DNA of 15,613 nucleotides from Chlamydiia bacterium. GTDB lineage: Bacteria > Chlamydiota > Chlamydiia > Chlamydiales > Parachlamydiaceae. The notes under the pieces are model-generated. The model had not been told where the DNA came from, searched no databases, and worked only from the letters and a program-made list of their open reading frames with translations. The number at the start of each line of letters is the position of its first letter. The first letter of the stretch is position 1. Both the position numbers and the translations under genes were made by a program. The stretch is taken from positions 1 through 15,613 of the forward strand of contig JBBSJT010000054.1 in NCBI GenBank assembly GCA_038257035.1, in the 5' to 3' direction. Below are positions 1 to 9,551 of this stretch, piece by piece.

Positions 1-597
1 AGCCCTTATAAGATTAATCCCGGCGATGGCGCTTTTTACGGACCAAAAATTGATTTTCATATTCGCGATGCTCTAAATCGTAGCTGGCAGTGTGGAACCA
101 TCCAACTTGATATGGCTCTTCCTGAAAAGTTTGAACTTGAATACATTGCTCCTGATGGCTCACGTCAAAGACCTGTCATGATTCATCGAGCCATTTTTGG
201 CTCAATCGAGCGATTCTTTGGTATCTTGATCGAACATTTTGTAGGCAAGTTCCCACTTTGGTTAAGCCCTGTGCAGGTTAGAATCTTGATTGTTGCCGAT
301 AGACACTTGCCTTACGCTGAAACTCTTTTGAAAAAATTAAAAGATGCGAAGTTTCAAGTTGAAATTGATGATTCTTCAGAATCTGTAAGCAAAAAAGTGC
401 GTAACGCGCAACTTGAGCAAGTAAATTACATGCTTACTATTGGCGATAAGGAAGTGGAGAACAATACAATCAATTTAAGAACCCGAGATAATGTTGTCCA
501 TGGTGAACTGAATATCGATGAGTTTATTAAAAAAATTGATATTGAAAGAAATCAGCGTCAGCTACAATCAGCATTTAGTAAACAAGAACCCTCTTAA
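1..597 (+). CDS. thrS: Threonyl-tRNA synthetase, 3' part (gene starts before the window)
   Basis: Frame 1 is open from base 1 and reads [37 protein letters not shown]...[23 protein letters not shown]...PLWLSPVQV, which are ThrRS catalytic and anticodon-binding motifs. Stop TAA at 595-597. The ATG at 112 is internal. Confidence 0.98.
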   Translation, partial: SPYKINPGDGAFYGPKIDFHIRDALNRSWQCGTIQLDMALPEKFELEYIAPDGSRQRPVMIHRAIFGSIERFFGILIEHFVGKFPLWLSPVQVRILIVADRHLPYAETLLKKLKDAKFQVEIDDSSESVSKKVRNAQLEQVNYMLTIGDKEVENNTINLRTRDNVVHGELNIDEFIKKIDIERNQRQLQSAFSKQEPS

Positions 598-613
598 AGG
601 TAATGGATTTTAT

Positions 614-1366
614 ATGCAAACGATTGCTATCAGTAGCTTTAAAGGCGGAACCGCTAAAACTTCGACAAGCCTCCATTTGGGGGCAGCTTTTGCCAAATTC
701 CATAAGAAAAAAGTTTTGCTTATTGATTTTGATGCACAAGCCAATTTAACAACAGGCCTTGGATTTGATCCGGATGAAAACGACTCTATGGCCAATGTTC
801 TACAAGGAACCAAATCTTTAAAAGATGTAATCAAAAAAACATCCTTTAAAAATTTGGATTTAGTTCCGGCAGATACATGGCTTGAAAGGATCGAGGTAAC
901 AGGCCAACTTGCAGCAGATCGCTACTCGCATGAGCGTTTAAGAGATATTTTAGTTGATGCACCCTACGACATTGTGATTATTGACACACCACCATCGCTT
1001 TGCTGGTTGACAGAATCTGCACTCATAGCAGCGCATCACACACTCGTTTGTGCAACGGCTGAGTTTTATAGCGTTAAAGGGCTAGAGCGCCTTGCACAAT
1101 TCATGGGAAGCATTGGTCAGCGTCATCCTTTAAATGTTTTAGGTGTAGTTTTATCTTTTTGGAACCCGCGCGGCAAAAGCAACGAGGCTTTTTTGGATGT
1201 GATCGAATCCACTTTTCCTGAAAAATTATTAAAAGCTAAAGTCCGACGTGACATATCTGTATCCGAGGCTTCCGTTTTTGGTAAACCTGTTTTTGAAACA
1301 GATCCAAAAGCTCGGGCAGCTGAAGATTACATTGCTATATCTAAAGAAATTTTAAAGCGAATGTAA
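614..1366 (+). CDS. parA: ParA/Soj/MinD-family ATPase (chlamydial CT582 / pGP5-like)
   Basis: MQTIAISSFKGGTAKTST (deviant Walker A), LLIDFDAQANLT, and DIVIIDTPPSL (Walker B). The likely start is ATG 614, because the ORF-track start at 518 overlaps thrS. It closely resembles the chlamydial ParA that follows thrS. Confidence 0.95.
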   Translation: MQTIAISSFKGGTAKTSTSLHLGAAFAKFHKKKVLLIDFDAQANLTTGLGFDPDENDSMANVLQGTKSLKDVIKKTSFKNLDLVPADTWLERIEVTGQLAADRYSHERLRDILVDAPYDIVIIDTPPSLCWLTESALIAAHHTLVCATAEFYSVKGLERLAQFMGSIGQRHPLNVLGVVLSFWNPRGKSNEAFLDVIESTFPEKLLKAKVRRDISVSEASVFGKPVFETDPKARAAEDYIAISKEILKRM

Positions 1367-1417
1367 AGCGGTTTTACATTAGACCTTTTTTGAAATTTGA
1401 ATTTCAAAGGAGGTCTA
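1360..1417 (+). promoter_or_regulatory. Two abutting inverted repeats between parA and the pGP6-like gene
   Basis: AATGTAAA-gcggt-TTTACATT (1360-1380), then TAGACCTTTTTTGAAAT-ttga-ATTTCAAAGGAGGTCTA (1380-1417; 17-bp stem with 2 G.U pairs). Function is inferred. Confidence 0.6.
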
Positions 1418-1434
1418 TTAAGAGGAGCAAAAAA

Positions 1435-2178
1435 TTGGGCAATATCAACGAACTACTTTCTAAAAGACTAAAAAAATCAGACAGCGGCTCATCAAAAATG
1501 GCGGAGATGGCAAAACAATCATCGTCTGGCAACTTGACAAGTTTTTCTGGGGTTTTCAGTGTTTCCGAATTAAGCAGTCACGAAAAATCTCTTCTGGAAG
1601 AAATTTTAATCGCTCATGCAGATGAAAAAACAGATATCAGTTACGATTTGAATTCGTTAATTTCCATTACCTCAGAAGTAAAAGCGATTAATAATCAGGC
1701 CGCAATTTTGCACGGCGAGCGCATCAAAAAAGTTCAAACTTTACTTAAAAAATATAAAGATGGTGCCTTCACTGCCTGGTTGACAACAGCTTACGGCAAT
1801 AGACAAACGCCTTATAACTTGATGCAATATTATGAATTTTATGAAGCCCTGCCAAAGCCGTTGCGTCCACAAATCGAATCGATGCCAAGGCAGGCGATTT
1901 ACACGCTTGCAAGCCGGGATGCGCCTTTTGTTCAGAAGCAGAATGTTGTAGAAAATTATAAGGGCGAAACAAAGTCGCAACTTTTAATCATCATCCGTGA
2001 TTTATTTCCTTTGGCTTCAAACGACAAGCGTGGCCACTCGATGGGAGCTACAGCCATTCAACATTTAAAACGCACGCTTACATTAATTAAGAATAAACGC
2101 TTTAAAACAACCAAAACCCAAAAAGCTGAATTGTCTCAATTGTTGGAAGAAATGCAAGAATTGATTACTTCAAGCTAA
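1435..2178 (+). CDS. CT583 / virulence plasmid pGP6-D-related protein (Chlamydiota-specific, ParA-associated)
   Basis: Family motifs EVKAINNQAAILHGERIKKV, GAFTAWL..YGNRQTPYN and MPRQAIYTLASR. The likely start is TTG 1435 (M-GNINELL), 7 nt after the SD GAGGAG at 1422-1427. Syntenic with thrS-parA as in Chlamydia CT581-CT583. Confidence 0.9.
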   Translation: MGNINELLSKRLKKSDSGSSKMAEMAKQSSSGNLTSFSGVFSVSELSSHEKSLLEEILIAHADEKTDISYDLNSLISITSEVKAINNQAAILHGERIKKVQTLLKKYKDGAFTAWLTTAYGNRQTPYNLMQYYEFYEALPKPLRPQIESMPRQAIYTLASRDAPFVQKQNVVENYKGETKSQLLIIIRDLFPLASNDKRGHSMGATAIQHLKRTLTLIKNKRFKTTKTQKAELSQLLEEMQELITSS

Positions 2179-2190
2179 AAAGAGGATATT

Positions 2191-2373
2191 ATGATCGGTT
2201 ACGGAGAGTTAATTGTTATCTTGTGCATCATGTTGATTCTTTTTGGTGGAAAAAGACTTCCTGAATTAGCAAGGAGTCTTGGAAAAGGCATTCGCGAATT
2301 TAAAAAAGCTTGTAATGAAGATTGCCCTGAAGATGTAACACCGCAAAAGAAAATTGAAAATGATGACGCATGA
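2191..2373 (+). CDS. tatA: Twin-arginine translocase subunit TatA/E
   Basis: 60 aa: [16 protein letters not shown] (TM helix and FG hinge), then the amphipathic helix [28 protein letters not shown] at 2181-2186. Confidence 0.95.
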   Translation: MIGYGELIVILCIMLILFGGKRLPELARSLGKGIREFKKACNEDCPEDVTPQKKIENDDA

Positions 2374-3290
2374 GCCTATCTGATCAAACATTTTGGCAAC
2401 ATGCAGACGAATTAAGAAAAACAATCCTTAAATCTTTATGCGTCCTTGCAATTGGGGTCATTGTCTCACTTTTCTTTTACAGGGAAATTTTTGCATTTCT
2501 GCAAGCACCCCTTTCCACGCCTTTATCACAAAAAAAAATCCTCCGCGAGCAGATTATTAATGAAAGTCAGAAAATTGAGCTTTACACACTGCCAAATGAT
2601 GCCATAGTCATTAATCAATCTTTAAACGTTAAGATTGTTGGGAATAAAGTATCCATTCCGCCTCAAGGCAATCTAACAATCGACATAGCTGAATCCGCAT
2701 CAAAATTACTTATATTCAGCCCAATTGATGGAATTTTAATCACATTCAAAGTTTGCTTTTTTATAGGTCTTGCTGCAACTTCACCGATTATTCTATATTT
2801 CCTTTTAAACTTTGTTGCGCCGGCTCTTGAACAGAGATTTTATAGATTGCTGACACCCTTTATTGCACTTTCCGTATTGTTCATGTCTCTTGGTGCAGGC
2901 TTTGCATTCTTCGTTACCATTCCCATTGCAAACCAATATCTAACTCTTTTTAATCAGGAAATCGGTACTAATTTCTGGTCCCTTTCCAATTATTTAGATT
3001 ACACGGTTCTTTTGCTTATTGGAAATGCCATTAGTTTTGAGATGTGCGTTATAGCGCTCTTTCTAGTTCAGATGCAGGTTTTATCTTACCATCAGCTTCA
3101 AAAATCAAGACGCTATTTTATTCTATTCGCCTTTATTATAAGCGCTATCCTGACCCCTCCTGACATCTTCACACAGGTGATGCTTGCCACACCTCTCATC
3201 ATCATCTATGAATTGATCATTCTTTATGCATATGCTAGAAGCGCTAGCAAACTGTATAGTAAGTCCGAACCCCCTCCCACTTTTTTATAA
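2370..3290 (+). CDS. tatC: Twin-arginine translocase subunit TatC (with enlarged first periplasmic loop)
   Basis: [41 protein letters not shown] and PLIIIYE, with about six hydrophobic segments. ATGA overlap with tatA. Confidence 0.93.
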   Translation: MSLSDQTFWQHADELRKTILKSLCVLAIGVIVSLFFYREIFAFLQAPLSTPLSQKKILREQIINESQKIELYTLPNDAIVINQSLNVKIVGNKVSIPPQGNLTIDIAESASKLLIFSPIDGILITFKVCFFIGLAATSPIILYFLLNFVAPALEQRFYRLLTPFIALSVLFMSLGAGFAFFVTIPIANQYLTLFNQEIGTNFWSLSNYLDYTVLLLIGNAISFEMCVIALFLVQMQVLSYHQLQKSRRYFILFAFIISAILTPPDIFTQVMLATPLIIIYELIILYAYARSASKLYSKSEPPPTFL

Positions 3291-3304
3291 TCATTGAATC
3301 TGAT

Positions 3305-3495
3305 TTGTAGCACCACTCTGTGGTGCGGCCTTATTTTAAACCTTACCGGTGGTTTCACCACCGGCTACCTATGTAGCATCACTCCGTGATGAAAAATGGG
3401 GGATGGTTTCAACCGCAGAGCGGTTTTACATAGATAGCCGCTGGTAAAACCACCGGTTAGTTTGATAAAAACTGCACCACAAAGTGGTGCTACAA
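3305..3495. repeat. REPIN/MITE-like element: two ~90 bp inverted arms, each carrying three small hairpins, with GTAG-preceded outer hairpins
   Basis: The left arm (3305-3394) aligns with the reverse complement of the right arm (3407-3495). Hairpins at 3310-3326, 3346-3364 and 3377-3391 are mirrored at 3474-3490, 3438-3456 and 3411-3425. It lies between the convergent tatC and czcA. Confidence 0.85.
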
Positions 3496-3567
3496 CAAAA
3501 GATTTGGGTTTAGTGAGGGACGGATTTACCTTACTAGGTTGTATTAACTATTAAGGTGTTAGAATAA

Positions 3568-6729
<3,162 letters not shown>

Positions 6730-8022
6730 TTAATGATCGTGTGACGCACCTGTTTTTTCTAAATCTGCCTTTAAAATATAGCTATTTTCAGCTACGTAAT
6801 AATCCCCATCCGATAGTCCTGAAGTAATCTCTATCCACTCTTTATCTCGTCTTCCAATCTGAACAGGAACTACTTCATACAAGTCTCCTGAAGCGATGAA
6901 TACAACATCCCAATCTCTAAAAGTTTGCAAAGCACTATCCTTAATGGCCACATTCACAAAAAACTTATCAACCGTGATTTCACCTGAAATAAATAATCCC
7001 GGCTTCCAGATTTGTTTTTGATTATCTAACACAACCCTTGCAACGACACTTTGGGTGCTCTCATGACCAAAGGGCGATATATAGGAAATTGTTGATTCTT
7101 GACTTATCTTACCGTCCAAGCTTTTCACTTCTATTGGATCTGAAACCTGAACTTGAGATAGATCATGACCATAAATGTTAAAATCAGCCCATACCGTACT
7201 TAAATTAGAAATCACAAAAGCGTTTTCTTGCCCCGATAAATACATTCCAATACTGATATCTTTTTTTATTATCATGCCATTAATTTCAGATTTTATTTTA
7301 TAGTTCTGCAAGCTTTCATTACTTTCAATAACAGCAAGTAATTCTCCTTTTTGGACATAATCCCCTAACTTTTTATAGACAACTTTGACTACTCCGGGGA
7401 ACCTCGGACTAATATAGACTGTTGTTTCTTCGTTTGGCATTATTTTACCCATGACATTCAAAGTCATTTTCAACATTGCAGGTTGTGCTTTTTCGATCTT
7501 AATAAAATTTGAACTGATTGCACTTTGAGAAATTTCCACTCGCCCCTCATAAGATTCATATTCAAACGGGTGAATCTTATCTTTAAAAGTAGCGACAGCT
7601 TTAACTTTAAAGGAATGGGGTTCAGTTGCTTCAACCGTACTCTCAAGATAATCTCCATCTATTTTAAATGGAATATTTTCTGTTCGATTAATACGCTTAA
7701 GTTCCATTTGGTATTGAACTTCGGAAGGACTAACAGCCATTCCATTATTATAAAAATAGATTCTAAATTTAGGAGGAACGCCTTCCGGCTCATAAATGGT
7801 CACCTCAACTTGAAAATCCCCATCTTGTAATAATCTACCCCGATGAGGCCCTCTAATGTAATCATCAGTATCTTCAGGGTGAGATGAATCATGACTACCT
7901 GATTTTTCGATCTCAAATAATCCATCTGACAATATTGGTCTAAAATAAACAAATCCTAATGCTAGTACAACAACAACTACAAATAAAACTAGGATATTCA
8001 TTATAAGGGGTTTATTTTTCAT
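6730..8022 (-). CDS. czcB: RND periplasmic adaptor / membrane fusion protein, CzcB-like, with extra N-terminal domain and no alpha-hairpin
   Basis: N-terminal TM anchor, lipoyl half-motifs ISPRFPGVV..LGDYVQKGELLAVIES and YKIKSEINGMI, beta-barrel ISNLSTVWAD...WKPGLF, membrane-proximal VQIGRRD...GLSDGD, and a C-terminal SHDH. It sits between the OM factor and RND genes. Confidence 0.9.
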   Translation of the reverse strand: MKNKPLIMNILVLFVVVVVLALGFVYFRPILSDGLFEIEKSGSHDSSHPEDTDDYIRGPHRGRLLQDGDFQVEVTIYEPEGVPPKFRIYFYNNGMAVSPSEVQYQMELKRINRTENIPFKIDGDYLESTVEATEPHSFKVKAVATFKDKIHPFEYESYEGRVEISQSAISSNFIKIEKAQPAMLKMTLNVMGKIMPNEETTVYISPRFPGVVKVVYKKLGDYVQKGELLAVIESNESLQNYKIKSEINGMIIKKDISIGMYLSGQENAFVISNLSTVWADFNIYGHDLSQVQVSDPIEVKSLDGKISQESTISYISPFGHESTQSVVARVVLDNQKQIWKPGLFISGEITVDKFFVNVAIKDSALQTFRDWDVVFIASGDLYEVVPVQIGRRDKEWIEITSGLSDGDYYVAENSYILKADLEKTGASHDH

Positions 8023-9338
8023 AATTCCTCACATTCATTAATAATTGCTTTTGAACCGGTTAAACCTTGAAGAACAGCTAGAGCCTTGTGGTATTCTCCT
8101 AAAGCTTGCAGATACTGAATTTTTGATGTTTTATAAGCTCTTTGTGTTTCTATTAATTCCAAGTAGTTATATCTAGCCAATTCATAGCCTTTATGGCTAA
8201 AATCATAGGCCTTTTGTGCAGCTGGCAAAACTGTATTTTTTAAAAGATTTAGCTCGTAGGTGACTGTCTCAATTGTTAAATAAGAAGTGTTAAGTTCGGT
8301 AATTAGCTTAATCCGGAGGGCTTCTCTTTCTTTTTCAAGCTTATTTAAATTTTCTCTAGACTCCCAAATTCTTCCCTGGTTTCGATCGTTAACAGGAAGA
8401 GGAACGGAAAATCCAACTACCCCTACCCATTTTCTTGCCTCATTTAAATAACGAGGCCCCCCATTTAAACTAACGTCCGGATAAGCCTTGCTTTTTTCTA
8501 ATGCAATTCTTGCCGATCGAAGATTGTCCTCAAAGTAAGAACGAACAACCTGCGGATGTTCGTGGATTAACTCACCCATTTTATCAAGAGACGTCACTAC
8601 AGGAATCCAATCTAAGTCGCCCAAAACGAAAAACGCATCGTTACTTGTATCTGCCCATTGAGCGGCTAATTTGTTTTTTGCAACTTTAAGCTCATTTTGA
8701 CCATTTTTCAAATCAATAAGGGCAGTATTTAGTAAAACAACAAAATTGGATTCTTCAATCACCGAAGCTTTACCTGCTTTTTTCCGTTTTTCAACAGTAG
8801 AGGAAAAATTTTGAAGAACATTTAGATTCTCTTCAAGAAAGGCAAGCTTTTGTTGACTAATTAAAACGTCAATAAATAATAGAGTCGTATTAACATAGAG
8901 TTGCCTTTTCATGACTTCATAATCTAAAGCAATCCTATCCTTTTCATTTTTAGCAAATTTAACTCTAGCCTCACGCTTTTCTCCAAGCTCGATCAACTGA
9001 CTTAACATGAAGGTTGTCTGCAAAAAGATGGGCGTGCCAATGTTTTCAGTCAATACATCAAGCCCTGGATTGGGTCTAAAACCGGCTTGTAGAATTCGAG
9101 CGTCTCCGGCGCGTAAATCATAGCTAAAAGAATTAAGATCCGGGTTATTTAGAAGAGTAAGAGCTAAAGTATCTGCTAACGAATAGGCTTCAGAAGATAA
9201 TAGTTGAAAAGAAAAGAAAGATAAAAAAATAAAAAAACCAAAAAATTTGAAAATAGTAAACTTTAAGTTCTTGAAGATCCTCAAAATGGAAGGATCTATA
9301 GCTTCGTGCTTATGCTCAAGCATGACTTGTTTTTGCAT
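8019..9338 (-). CDS. czcC: Outer-membrane efflux factor, TolC/CzcC family
   Basis: LALTLLNNPDL, QAGFRPNP.L, LSQLIELGEKREAR, GFSVPLPVNDRNQG and YLELIETQR, with a hydrophobic N-terminal signal-like stretch. 4-bp ATGA overlap with czcB. The exact start is uncertain and may be downstream of 9338. Confidence 0.9.
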   Translation of the reverse strand: MQKQVMLEHKHEAIDPSILRIFKNLKFTIFKFFGFFIFLSFFSFQLLSSEAYSLADTLALTLLNNPDLNSFSYDLRAGDARILQAGFRPNPGLDVLTENIGTPIFLQTTFMLSQLIELGEKREARVKFAKNEKDRIALDYEVMKRQLYVNTTLLFIDVLISQQKLAFLEENLNVLQNFSSTVEKRKKAGKASVIEESNFVVLLNTALIDLKNGQNELKVAKNKLAAQWADTSNDAFFVLGDLDWIPVVTSLDKMGELIHEHPQVVRSYFEDNLRSARIALEKSKAYPDVSLNGGPRYLNEARKWVGVVGFSVPLPVNDRNQGRIWESRENLNKLEKEREALRIKLITELNTSYLTIETVTYELNLLKNTVLPAAQKAYDFSHKGYELARYNYLELIETQRAYKTSKIQYLQALGEYHKALAVLQGLTGSKAIINECEEL

Positions 9339-9414
9339 AACTTAATCTTTATTTAGTTTTTAAAATGAATGACTAAAATTTTAAGCTTATTAGCCCATTC
9401 ATAAATTATTTTTT

Positions 9415-9443
9415 AACTTATAGAGTTTTTATGAAAAAAGCAA
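9415..9443 (-). promoter_or_regulatory. Candidate sigma66/sigma70-type promoter for czcCBA
   Basis: Minus strand TTGCTT (9443-9438), 17 nt, TAAGTT (9420-9415). The region is very AT-rich, so a chance match is possible. Confidence 0.3.
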
Positions 9444-9551
9444 GACAGTTAAAAAAGACACTTTAAAATTCCCATTTTTATCTTGTAAATATTACCTGCA
9501 TTAGATATGACTATACGTTTTTTATAACTTTTCATTCTACATTGCAGGACT

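Noticed and set aside
518..613. N-terminal extension of ParA in the ORF track
   Set aside because: It overlaps thrS by 80 nt, and family similarity begins at MQTIAI (614).
1390..1434. MKFEFQRRSIKRSKK extension with an RR pair, a possible Tat signal next to tatAC
   Set aside because: It has no hydrophobic h-region and lies within the intergenic hairpin. The SD-supported start is TTG 1435.
610..1980. Minus-strand ORFs 610-834, 1741-1980 and 1769-1972
   Set aside because: These are short antisense shadows of well-supported genes with no recognisable motifs.
1367..3431. Exact 13-mer AGCGGTTTTACAT shared by 1367-1379 and 3419-3431
   Set aside because: Some 13-mer matches are expected by chance in 15.6 kb of AT-rich DNA, and the two copies pair in different structures.
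3305..3495. CRISPR array or tRNA interpretation of the intergenic repeats
   Set aside because: The repeats are inverted rather than direct, there are no regular unique spacers or cas genes, and there is no cloverleaf or T-loop motif.
9339..9551. NiCo (czcD) riboswitch upstream of czcC
   Set aside because: The region is extremely AT-rich and lacks the stems needed for a four-way junction.
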